Positions 1-9,800 are shown, numbered from the stretch's first letter. The stretch: DNA of 18,935 bases from Methanobacteriota archaeon (GCA_018650165.1 JABIGM010000040.1:1-18935); one strand, 5' to 3'. Notes: generated from the letters alone by a model not told the origin. Numbers and translations are program-made.

Positions 1-1319
1 CCTAGGCCCCAACCTGCATGCGGAGGTGCACCGTAACGGAATCCATCGGTGTAGAAAGAGAAGTCGGCAGGGTCTAAGCCCTTATTGCGAAGGTTCTGCT
101 CAAGTACGTCGACATTGTGTTCTCTTTGGCCGCCACTTGTCATTTCATCACGACCATAATTCAAATCGAAACCTCGGGATAATTGTTCTCCGGTTGCACC
201 TACATCACCAGGAATATGATGGATGTAGAATGGTTTCATCTCCATTGGCCAGCGTGGTAAGAAATGGAATCCAGGGTACTTAGCAGCAATAATGTCACAG
301 TGTGAGGAATCGATGTCATCGCCCCATGCAATTTCTTCACCGGCATCCTGAATCATCTTGATTGCATCACAATATTCGATGCGTGGGAATGGTAGGCTAG
401 GAACATCGACAGTAATTGGTTCATCACCCTGGCTTTCTCTGTACTGATTGATAATATCAATTTGGTCTTGGTCATGTTCTGCAACCTTACTCCAGATGTG
501 GTGAATCATTCTTTCTTGCACGCACATTACGTCGTCATCGTTCATCCAAGCTCCTTCAATATCGAAAGAAATGAATTCGTTAAGGTGGCGATATGTATCG
601 TGGTTTTCCGCCCTAAATGCAGGTCCGATTTCGAAGACCCTCTCCATTCCACCTAGAATTGTCAATTGCTTGTACAATTGTGGGCTTTGTGAAAGGAAAG
701 CCGGTGTATCGAAGTACATCATTGGGAATAGATTAGTTCCACCTTCAGAGGCTGATGCGATAATCTTTGGAGAATTAATCTCCTTGAAACCTTCAGTAAT
801 TAGATGGTCCCTTCCATACTGCAAAACTTTCGACCTAAGAGTAAACATTGCATTGACATGTGATCTTCTAAGGTCAAGGAATCTATTGTCTAGGCGGGTG
901 TCAAGGCCAATCGAAACAGTGTCAGTAACTCCCAATGGAAGCGGTGTTGCTGCCTGAGTGAGTACAGTAAATGTGGACGCAACAACCTCGTAGGTCGGTG
1001 GCGGAACTGGCTCTCCTTCTGCCACTTTAGGTGGGCGCTTTTGAGCAACTACTCCTATGATTTGGACAGTAGATTCCCGTGAAAGACCCTGAGCGGTTTC
1101 TAATTCGTCATCACTGACTCCGCCCTGTTTTAAGAAAATCTGAACTCGTCCAGTTCCATCTCTAACATCCATGAAACAAATTTTCCCTTTGCCACGGTTT
1201 GCTTCCATGTAGCCACAAATGGTTACTTCGGTTCCAACTAGTGATGCTCCATCACTCTGAATTTGTCCCAAAGTGTGTGTTCGGAAAGAGGTCGGGTGCC
1301 AAATTGTATCGCTCGCCAT
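1..1319 (-). CDS. aspS: Aspartate--tRNA ligase, archaeal type (partial, 3' end beyond the left edge)
   Basis: Manual translation from ATG at 1319 is open to the window edge: MASDTIWHPTSFRTHTLGQ..., OB-fold anticodon domain (CFMDVRDGTGRVQI), RLDNRFLDLR, motif 1 region (EINSPKIIASASEGGTNLF), LSQSPQLYKQ, motif 2 (FEIGPAFRAENHDTYRHLNEF), EMTSGGQRE and motif 3 start (GAPPHAGWGLG). Confidence 0.93.
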   Translation of the reverse strand, partial: MASDTIWHPTSFRTHTLGQIQSDGASLVGTEVTICGYMEANRGKGKICFMDVRDGTGRVQIFLKQGGVSDDELETAQGLSRESTVQIIGVVAQKRPPKVAEGEPVPPPTYEVVASTFTVLTQAATPLPLGVTDTVSIGLDTRLDNRFLDLRRSHVNAMFTLRSKVLQYGRDHLITEGFKEINSPKIIASASEGGTNLFPMMYFDTPAFLSQSPQLYKQLTILGGMERVFEIGPAFRAENHDTYRHLNEFISFDIEGAWMNDDDVMCVQERMIHHIWSKVAEHDQDQIDIINQYRESQGDEPITVDVPSLPFPRIEYCDAIKMIQDAGEEIAWGDDIDSSHCDIIAAKYPGFHFLPRWPMEMKPFYIHHIPGDVGATGEQLSRGFDLNYGRDEMTSGGQREHNVDVLEQNLRNKGLDPADFSFYTDGFRYGAPPHAGWGL

Positions 1320-1404
1320 GCTTAGGGGCGTGACACTTTCGGCCAAGAAGTCATCGCTGTTTCAAACACACTATTGATAGAGGATAATCATCGCCCATAG
1401 TACC

Positions 1405-2634
1405 ATGGAGGCGGACTTGTTCACATCTGAGAGTGTCTCGTCTGGCCATCCGGACAAGTTGTGTGACGCAATTAGTGATGCAATTGTCGATGCATGTCTT
1501 GCTATTGATCCAAATGCCCGAGTCGCTGTTGAAACCAGTGTAAAAGGTGGCACTGAACAAGGAATTATACTACTCGCAGGAGAAGTCACTCTCTCCGGCG
1601 ATCATCCTGATTACGAAAGTATTGCAAGAACTACTACCGCAGATATTGGTTATGATTCCCATTCGATTGGTTTTGATTCGACTAGCCAATTGCGCTGTGA
1701 AGTAATTCAGAAGATTACTGCACAAGCTGCTAACATCAGCCAAGGAGTTAACAATTCAGAACAGGGAGCAGGTGACCAAGGTCTGATGTTTGGTTTTGCT
1801 TGCACTGAAACCGAATCCTATGATGTTCTAAAAGGACGATACTTTCCCTTAGCAGCAGCCCTTTCACAGCGTCTCACGCGTAGAATGACAAATGCTCGCA
1901 AAGATGGGACGCTACCTTGGGCCCGGCCTGATGCAAAGAGCCAGGTCACAGTTGAATATTCAGGTGGCTTGCCATCGAAGGTTCATACTGTAGTAATTGC
2001 AATTCAGCATGACGACGCTCTAAAAAATGATTTTGATGGTGACGAAAAAGCAGAACATAGGTTCATCACAGATGAAATCAGAAAACATGTCGTTGAGCAT
2101 GCGATCCCATCTGAGTTGCTGAGTGAGGGTTACCGGCTCATTGTCAATGGCACTGGGCGGTTTGCAGACCCAGGTGGTCCTTATGCTGATGCTGGGCTTA
2201 CAGGAAGAAAAATCATTGTTGATACTTATGGCGGGATGGGGCGTCATGGAGGAGGCGCTTTCTCTGGAAAAGACCCCTCGAAGGTTGATCGTTCCGCAGC
2301 ATATGCTGCAAGATGGGCTGCTAAGCACGTAGTTGCATCAGGCTTAGCGACAAAATGTGAAATCCAATTAGCCTATGTAATTGGAGTTGCAGAACCTGTT
2401 AGTGTTAGAGCCGAATCTTTCGGAACATCGAGCCTTAGTGACAGAGAATTGACATCAAGAGTGATTTCCGTATTCAATTTCACTCCAAAATCTATTGCTG
2501 GAAAGTTGAATTTACTTCGCCCCATCTATTCACCTACAGCCGCAGGTGGCCATTTCGGCCGCACACCGGGGGTTGAAGGAGCATTCCCTTGGGAAGTGTT
2601 AGACCAGGCAAAAATCAATTTGCTTCAGAATTGA
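1405..2634 (+). CDS. metK: S-adenosylmethionine synthetase, bacterial/eukaryotic type
   Basis: Signature motifs FTSESVxxGHPDK, GAGDQGLMFG, DAGLTGRKIIVDTYGG and GGGAFSGKDPSKVDRSAAYAAR. Confidence 0.97.
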   Translation: MEADLFTSESVSSGHPDKLCDAISDAIVDACLAIDPNARVAVETSVKGGTEQGIILLAGEVTLSGDHPDYESIARTTTADIGYDSHSIGFDSTSQLRCEVIQKITAQAANISQGVNNSEQGAGDQGLMFGFACTETESYDVLKGRYFPLAAALSQRLTRRMTNARKDGTLPWARPDAKSQVTVEYSGGLPSKVHTVVIAIQHDDALKNDFDGDEKAEHRFITDEIRKHVVEHAIPSELLSEGYRLIVNGTGRFADPGGPYADAGLTGRKIIVDTYGGMGRHGGGAFSGKDPSKVDRSAAYAARWAAKHVVASGLATKCEIQLAYVIGVAEPVSVRAESFGTSSLSDRELTSRVISVFNFTPKSIAGKLNLLRPIYSPTAAGGHFGRTPGVEGAFPWEVLDQAKINLLQN

Positions 2635-2640
2635 TTTCTC

Positions 2641-2657
2641 TCGGCCCTTAGGGCCGA
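2641..2657. other. Perfect inverted repeat TCGGCCC-TTA-GGGCCGA just after the metK stop and a T-rich run; possible terminator or processing hairpin
   Basis: 7-bp GC-rich stem with 3-nt loop seen directly in the intergenic gap; function inferred. Confidence 0.45.
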
Positions 2658-2691
2658 TTGGATGAAATGTCAGCATATAGTCGCAAACATC

Positions 2692-5600
2692 ATGTCGCGT
2701 AGGCTGAATGCATTCATCTTGGTCATGGTTATGGCCATTGCACCACTAGTTCCACTAACTAGTGCGCACTCTAGTATCGGCCTTTCAACCGATGCAAATC
2801 ACATTATTTTGTCACCAGGTGAAGTCACAAATCTAACATTAACGATACATAATAATGGCTCATCGATTGAAACATATTCTGTTGCTGTTTCTGGATTTAA
2901 TTCCGCTTGGGAAATCATTCCATCAGAATCCAATGTCAGTAACGTGATTCCAACATATAGTGCTGCAACCACAATTGTAATTCGTCTATCCACTAGTGCT
3001 CTGCCAAGCGATTCTGGAACTTTGACCATCACAGTCACTGAGCCTGATGCAAATGTTTCCACCGATATTACAGTTATTCTATCAGCTCAAGCAATATATT
3101 TGCCAGCGATTGATACCTCGACAAATGGTGACAACGGTCTTGTTCAAATGGCACCCGGTGATGATCTCAATCTATCGATAACAATTACAAATGACGGAAA
3201 TGTAAACGACACAATCCTTCTTTCGGTTAACCAAACTCCTGATTTGGTAGGATTCTGGACAAATTGGACCTCGGGTGGCGGCTCTAATAATACAAATAAT
3301 TCGGGCAACAGCACTGGCGGTAACAATACCGGAGGCAACAATACAGGAGGTAACAATACCGGTGGTAACAATACCGGTGGTAACAATACTGGCGGTAATG
3401 GAACTAATGGCTCACTTTTGATGTCTGGACCACAAGGCTGGCAAGTACGCTTCATCGATGATGTGATGGATACAATGGTTCCAGGTGAAGACAGGCAAGC
3501 CATACTCCAGATTTCAATTCCTTCAAATGAAAATCCAGGATTCTTTGGATTTGAGTTGTTTGCAGCAAGTGCTCTCGGGAACTTCTCAGTAAGCTCGACA
3601 ATGGTGGTAAATGTTACTGCCGTACATGATTTAAGATTCAGTTATGTCCCATCTGGAGTAATACTACTGCCGGGTGAAAACTCTACAGTGAATGTAAACA
3701 TAACCAGTTTGTCAACTGCAGATGCAAACTGGACTTGGGCAATCTCAGTGGTCGTGGATCAAAACCAAACCGGTGGTATTGTGCAGGCTAATTGTCAAGC
3801 CGTTTTGCCTAATTATTCGACATTTATCACTGCAGGTGGAATCGTCTCTATCGATGTAAATATTTCCACCTATGCCAATACTCATGCAGGTGATTCGTGT
3901 AATTTTGCTCTAACTGGTACATTAGATTCGGACACTTCTATTACTGAAAGTGTAGAGTTTACATTGGTCGTTGGCCAGCAATGGAATCTTTCAATGGTCC
4001 TTCCTACTTCGATTAAGTTAGACGTAGGTGAATCTGAATCATTCAATGTAGCGATTAGTAATGATGGGTCTGAGGAAGATACTATTTCGTTGATTGGCAT
4101 TGACAAAGAGGGCATAACTTTCACTAATCCCTCCCCGGTGACTCTTGCCCGTGGTGTATCACAATATGTTGTGATGGAAGTTCAAATCGATTCATCATTA
4201 GTTGGCAATATAACACTAGATTTCACAATGTCTTCAACCAATAGTGGTACAGAAAGTGTAAATGCGAGTGGTATCTTCGAAGTAAAAGCATATGCCGAAT
4301 TAATGATGGAGGGACCTGCTGATAACCGGCTAGTCATAACTCCAGGCCAAAATTCCTCAATTAGTCTCTCAATCTCAAATGATGGAACTAGAGATTTAGA
4401 TCTTTCAGCAAGCATTTCCGGATTACCTAGTGGCATCAGTGTTTCAGGCGGGCTTGAAAGCATAAGTTTGGACGCAGGTAATTCAACAGATATTGAGTTA
4501 GAACTGGTTGCCTCAACCGGGGTAATGCCGAGTAGTAGTTACTTTACAATCACATATGACGGTGGCTGGGCTAGTACCGAACTTACCATTGAATTACAAA
4601 TCACGGAACGAAATGAAATTATGGTCGACTCTAGTGAAGACCGTCTCGTGGCTTCTGCTATTGCTGCACCCTTGCGTTTAATGGTCACTAATTTAGGTAC
4701 TTCCACGGATACTTTCGTTGCCAATGTAAATAATTCACAAGTTAGCGATTGGTTCACAATTAGTGTTGACAAACTTTCTCTAAATCTTGCACCTGGAGAA
4801 TCGGGGAACATTACAATTACCGCAAGAGAAATTGCTGTAGGTGCGCCAATTACTGGAGGGGAACTCTTTGTTACTGTCACGAGTACTGGTGATTCTTCAA
4901 TAATGGATTCTCTAACTATCGATATTATTCCACAGATTGCTGATGGCCTAATCACTATAATGAGCGATGACAACAAAGCGGCACCTGGTGGAATAATCTA
5001 TGGGAATGTGATTATTACCAATTTGGGAAATGCTTGGGATTCAATGCTTGTTTCAACAATTGAAATGGATTGTGATTTGAGTGGAGCGGCAATAGAACTC
5101 GCACCGAGTATGTCTTCCCCTCCAATTCCATGGTCGTGCACAATCAATGAAAATGAACACGCTGGAATGAAAGCATTGGCCTTTAGATTGACCTCTACGG
5201 CGCGCTCTGACATGGTTTTGACCACAAGTGAAGCGTATACTGTAGAGCCGATTTGGTCTGATGAAGTAATTTCATTTACCTTTGAAGAGAATGACCTTAT
5301 CTTTGATGAAAGCATCGAACAACAAACCATTTCGCTAACAATTTGTAATGAAGCTAATACCTATGTCGAAGGGAATTTAGAACTAATTGGAAAGAATGAG
5401 CCTCAGATGGATGGCATATTCTATCGGTCCGGTGAAACCGGAATGAATTCGACATACAGTTTGTCTAGCAATGGCTGCCAAGATTTCCGACTATTGCTTA
5501 CACCGCTAAATCTAGACGGCTTTGAAGTTGTACTGGTAATACATTCTGTTAGCCAAGTTGAAGGTCAAACGGTTAGAGATGAATCCGATGACTTACGGGC

Positions 5601-5928
5601 AAGTGTGGCCGGGCCACACTTACCCCCAGATGGATTAAATTTGGGATTATTCGAATTGGACAATAAAAATTCTTTGATACTACTATCCACTGGATGGGTT
5701 CTCTCTCTCTTGCTGATTTCATACATCCGGTTATTTAGAAAACCTGCTGAAGAAGAAGAAGAGGAGGAGGAGGAGATTCCCCTAGGTACAAATGAAGTTC
5801 GTATCGATGAATACAACAAGGTTACTTGCTGTTCCTGTGAAGCTAGACTTGGAGTCCCAGAAGACAGTGAGCCACCATTCCGATTTACTTGCCCGAAGTG
5901 TGAAACTCGTATTCGAGTAGTCGATTAG
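2692..5928 (+). CDS. Large secreted, membrane-anchored surface protein with tandem Ig-like (COG1470/NEW3/CARDB-like) domains, GGNNT repeat, C-terminal TM helix, poly-Glu and Zn-ribbon tail
   Basis: Start reassigned to ATG 2692 (MSRRLNAFILVMVMAIAPLVPLTSA, signal-peptide-like). Repeated 'PG...l.i.NxG...D' units, one hydrophobic helix (LILLSTGWVLSLLLISYIRLF), then E9 and CCSC-x17-CPKC. Confidence 0.8.
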   Translation: MSRRLNAFILVMVMAIAPLVPLTSAHSSIGLSTDANHIILSPGEVTNLTLTIHNNGSSIETYSVAVSGFNSAWEIIPSESNVSNVIPTYSAATTIVIRLSTSALPSDSGTLTITVTEPDANVSTDITVILSAQAIYLPAIDTSTNGDNGLVQMAPGDDLNLSITITNDGNVNDTILLSVNQTPDLVGFWTNWTSGGGSNNTNNSGNSTGGNNTGGNNTGGNNTGGNNTGGNNTGGNGTNGSLLMSGPQGWQVRFIDDVMDTMVPGEDRQAILQISIPSNENPGFFGFELFAASALGNFSVSSTMVVNVTAVHDLRFSYVPSGVILLPGENSTVNVNITSLSTADANWTWAISVVVDQNQTGGIVQANCQAVLPNYSTFITAGGIVSIDVNISTYANTHAGDSCNFALTGTLDSDTSITESVEFTLVVGQQWNLSMVLPTSIKLDVGESESFNVAISNDGSEEDTISLIGIDKEGITFTNPSPVTLARGVSQYVVMEVQIDSSLVGNITLDFTMSSTNSGTESVNASGIFEVKAYAELMMEGPADNRLVITPGQNSSISLSISNDGTRDLDLSASISGLPSGISVSGGLESISLDAGNSTDIELELVASTGVMPSSSYFTITYDGGWASTELTIELQITERNEIMVDSSEDRLVASAIAAPLRLMVTNLGTSTDTFVANVNNSQVSDWFTISVDKLSLNLAPGESGNITITAREIAVGAPITGGELFVTVTSTGDSSIMDSLTIDIIPQIADGLITIMSDDNKAAPGGIIYGNVIITNLGNAWDSMLVSTIEMDCDLSGAAIELAPSMSSPPIPWSCTINENEHAGMKALAFRLTSTARSDMVLTTSEAYTVEPIWSDEVISFTFEENDLIFDESIEQQTISLTICNEANTYVEGNLELIGKNEPQMDGIFYRSGETGMNSTYSLSSNGCQDFRLLLTPLNLDGFEVVLVIHSVSQVEGQTVRDESDDLRASVAGPHLPPDGLNLGLFELDNKNSLILLSTGWVLSLLLISYIRLFRKPAEEEEEEEEEIPLGTNEVRIDEYNKVTCCSCEARLGVPEDSEPPFRFTCPKCETRIRVVD
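3301..3405 (+). repeat. 15-bp coding tandem repeat (SGNST, 5x GGNNT, GGNGT)
   Basis: Units GGN-GGY-AAC-AAT-ACN at 3316, 3331, 3346, 3361 and 3376, with degenerate flanking units; unit differences are synonymous. Confidence 0.95.
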
Positions 5929-6693
5929 TCAGCGCTTTTGAGCAAATAGAAGGAAAGCAGTATGTCCAAATGGGCCGTTTACAGGCCGCATCCCCCCCTT
6001 CGAAGTTGTACCCCATTGCCTTTCCATTAGTTCCCCGGCCCATTCGACAACTAGCCCTGCTTCTTCGCAGGATTTCCAGCACTTTTCTAATTGCGAAGTG
6101 GTTGGTGCATAACATGCAATTCTTCCTCCAAAAGCAAGTTTGGGTGCGCAAGCGATTATTGCAGGTGAATGTACTGGCATATCTAGAATTATAGCATCGA
6201 ATTCAAGATCGGGAACTACCTCTTCAACCATCCCTTCAAGATGTGTATGCTTAGGAAATTCTGCAAAACATTTGCTTGCCCTCTCAAGATTGATTAAACC
6301 AACTTCTGCATGTTCATTTCTTGGCTCTGCAGTTACAAGGTGACCTGAGTTGGATAGTACTTTTGCCAGGTGCAGAGAGAGTCCTCCAGAGCCGAGGCCA
6401 GCTTCGAGCACAGTATCTCCAGAACCAATGCCCAAACGTGTGATAAATACCCCTGCATCTTTAGCAGAGATCGTTTGGGCCCTCCTTGCCATTCCTGCTA
6501 CTAATTCGGGCAATTTAGTAGGCATTCTAGTAAGATATTTTTGCCCGATTAAAACATCATCTCCGAGTCCGATACCAGAGAGCAATGCAACGGTATTTAG
6601 AACGCCGAGACCCTTATGCTTAACGACTTCATCCACGAGTTCAACAATATGAATTCGTCCCTCACTTTCCATCAACGCCGCATACGCTGCCAT
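5929..6693 (-). CDS. trmI: tRNA (adenine(57/58)-N1)-methyltransferase, TrmI/GCD14 family
   Basis: RRAQTISAKD (cf. QIIYPKD), SAM motif VLEAGLGSG, AIILDM, and C-terminal MRP...GHTAFLLFA. Confidence 0.88.
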   Translation of the reverse strand: MAAYAALMESEGRIHIVELVDEVVKHKGLGVLNTVALLSGIGLGDDVLIGQKYLTRMPTKLPELVAGMARRAQTISAKDAGVFITRLGIGSGDTVLEAGLGSGGLSLHLAKVLSNSGHLVTAEPRNEHAEVGLINLERASKCFAEFPKHTHLEGMVEEVVPDLEFDAIILDMPVHSPAIIACAPKLAFGGRIACYAPTTSQLEKCWKSCEEAGLVVEWAGELMERQWGTTSKGGMRPVNGPFGHTAFLLFAQKR

Positions 6694-6731
6694 ACCCCTG
6701 CGAGGAGAAAGATACCAAGAACGATTCGCAT

Positions 6732-6758
6732 GAAAACAAAGAAAACCCCCCTAGGGGG
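6732..6758 (-). other. 12-bp perfect palindrome CCCCCTAGGGGG followed on the minus strand by a U-rich tract (terminator/attenuator-like or operator)
   Basis: Palindrome at 6747-6758; minus strand continues G-TTTTCTTTGTTTT; lies in the divergent gap between trmI and the surface-protein gene. Confidence 0.4.
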
Positions 6759-6810
6759 AAACAGACTGGTGCAGAACATGTTCAAATACCTAGTATGTAG
6801 AGCAAGTGGT

Positions 6811-9800
6811 ATGAAGACCGCACGTATGACCGCTTTTACTATCGTAGCCCTGATGCTGTTGAGCATTTCGGCATCTCTTGGTGGATTGATTGTAGATTCT
6901 GAAAATAGTTCTATCGACCTGGTAGAAGAAGTTGAAGAAAAATATGCTCCATCTAACCCTGGTCACACTGTTTTTGGACAATATATCACCTCAGATAATT
7001 GTGGATTTTGTTACCAATACGGTAGCCCTGCACACGATCAAGCAAAGACTTCATTGCCGGATAATTATGTCTACATTTCCTATCACAGTGCGTCTTATGG
7101 AAGTACGGCAGATGCTGAGGCAGGGAACATTGCTCCAATTTATGGAGTAAGTCATTTGCAAGAAACCGGTGGTGCACCAAAGTCATCATTCGGTGACGCA
7201 ACTCTCAATACAGGATGCGGCTCAAACACATGCTGGGATTCATTCATCAGCAGTGGAGGAAACATGCATAGCACTGCTTCTGACTACTCCGTTTCGGTAA
7301 CTCAAACTGACAATGGAGATGGTACAGTTGATATTTCAATTGGAGCAACTTACTCCGGTTCTGGAACTGCACCTTCAACAATCACCTTGTATGCAGCAGT
7401 TACTGAAAAAGTCTGTAATTCTCACGCATACGTTGATGGATCAAAGGGACACAATTGCTGGGAATCTTGGTTGTTGAATAATGGTGGCTACACCAATAAT
7501 GCTGGAAATATAGTAAACGGTGGAACTGGCTTCGAAACACTCAGTATGAGTTCAGGACAGGCTGTAAAAAGTTGGACTGTACCTGCTAACTTGGTAAGTG
7601 GTGGAGAAAGTAACATGAATACTGTAGCGGCACTTTACTCAGGTTGGAGTACTAGTTCTTTCAATGAAGATGTATATGCAGCTGGAGATTCCACAATGGC
7701 ACCACCTATTGATGTGGGAATTACAACTTTCAACCTAGAGAATGCAAATGCTCCAAATGGAGGATACATCAATGGAGATATTCTGAACCTAGATGCAACT
7801 GTTACCAACTACGGTGCAGACGCATACAGCGATGGAGGAGATGTTCGCTTCTTCTACAAAATAGGTAACTCAAAGAATTACGTTGGCTCAACTCAAAGCC
7901 TTTCGAACTTTGCACAAAGTGGAGATACACAAATGTTCTCTGGACAAATCGACACTACCAGTTTGCCTACAGGCGCTTATCAAACAAATTTTGGTATTGA
8001 ATTATCAAACCTAGTTGCTGACAAATCTAGTATCAATAATCAAGTTTTAGAAATTGTCCCACATGACTTAACCCCAGTTGCTAGAAAGGCCCAGGTAATC
8101 GGCAACAACCAAATTGATAGAGGAAATGATTTCCTTATCGAAGCTAAGACTACATTCAATGATGGTGTTGATATCAACACATCATTCTTCACATTCGATG
8201 TCGAAGTTTCCCCTGCTGGAATGGATCAATGGATTAGTGGAGATTTGTTTGAAGGTGGCGATGAAGTATTCCAAGAAGGTACCTCGAACGAACATCGCCA
8301 ATACCTTGTAAAGCCGGACATGAACATGGGCGCTGGAGATTACGATATACGAATTAGGTCAATCGATTCACGTATGCAAACAAGTGACTGGCAAGTTACC
8401 GATAATGGTTTTACACTGAAGAATGCGCTTCCAATCATCACATCGGAGCCAGTCCCTACTGTTAAGGTTCAAACTTCGACTAAGGTTTCAATCATCAACA
8501 ACATTAACGATGCTGAAACCGACAGAGACCAATTGACTATCACAAGTACCAGTCCAAACTTTATCGCATGGCATCCTGCTACAGAAGAAATTGAGGTTTA
8601 CTTTGAAAATATTCGGTTTGTAAATGGACAACCTACTGCAAGTGGAATTGAAGTCGCAGTTAGTGATGGACTTGAAACAGCCCATGGTACTTTACTGTTC
8701 AATGTAATTGAGAATGGACAACCTCGCTGGGCCGGAGTCGAAAAGCAGTATGTTAACGAGGGTATGGCTGCTTCGCTTAACTTACTTCCATATCTCTCAG
8801 ACACCGATGACAACGGAAACAGCGTCACTGCTGAGGATTTAGTGTTGGCAATTGTTGATAATACAAACCCGGAACTTCTTGAAATGGATCTTCGTGAATT
8901 CACCTTGAACTATGAAACAATGGACCCTGACCTCAACGGAGAAACTACAATCACCGTGCGTGCAAGCGATGGTGAACAATTCTCAGACCAACTTATTACT
9001 ATAGCAATCAATCCAGTTAATGACGCACCTCGCTTGGACCTATCTGAATTTGAGGGTCTAAGACTCAAGGTGGGTACACAGAAAGTGATTTTCCTTAACG
9101 AGATACTTTCTGATGTTGATGGTGATGTCAATGAAGTGACAATCACTGCTAGCAACCCAGTTCCTGGAGCAGCACGTGTTAACTTCCTAGACAATACTCT
9201 AACACTAATTTGGGACACTGATGGTCTTCAAACTGTAACTATCCAAGCAGAAGACCGCTATGATTCAAACATCTACACACTAGTGGTAGATGTCTATGAT
9301 AGCATGCCCCTCTTAGTTGGAGAAGGACCAGATGCTGATGTACGCCTAGGTATAGCAAATGTCTATGTCGGTGAAGTCCCTGAAATTACAATGTTCCTGA
9401 ATAAGGATGATGTTACAATCACTTCTCTATCTAGTACCTGGCAGTTATGTAATTCACTAACAGGTATTTGTTCAATCAATGAAGTTCATGAACATGACAT
9501 CACTGCAAAGAGTGTTGGATGGACTTTTGATCCAATGAATGGACAAGTTGATGAAAATGGAATGCACTTGAAAGACTACATCACAGTATCTAAAGTCACA
9601 GCCATTGCATCAAATGGAGATAAATTCGAGTTCAAGGGTACAACCCTGAAGTGGAGTGCTGAGGAAAGCGCACCTGGACCAGAATCTATGACAGAGGATG
9701 AAGTCAAGACTCTAATCGAGGAACTCGATGCTGCTATTACCGCAAAGAAGTCTGATATCAAAGCACTTGAAGAAGGCACATCTGCTCACGATACTGCTAC

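Noticed and set aside
26-957. Plus-strand ORFs 26..283, 462..656 and 571..957
   Set aside because: Antisense to the clearly recognisable aspS frame.
3144-3503. Minus-strand ORF with (PPVLL)n repeats
   Set aside because: Antisense shadow of the GGNNT repeat inside a well-supported plus-strand gene.
5700-5711. (CT)n microsatellite as a possible phase-variation site
   Set aside because: Short, in frame, and encodes part of the TM helix (VLSLL); no sign of frameshift.
6616-6810. 65-codon N-terminal extension of the second surface protein in the ORF track
   Set aside because: Overlaps trmI and the divergent promoter region; a signal peptide begins at ATG 6811.
6694-6810. Possible tRNA or ncRNA (GTTCAAA at about 6780 resembles a T-loop)
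   Set aside because: No cloverleaf can be formed; TTCAAATA is better explained as a TATA-like box.
2692-6890. Large surface proteins as substrates of the A24 peptidase
   Set aside because: Their N-termini resemble class I signal peptides and lack the [KR][GA]-hydrophobic class III cleavage site.
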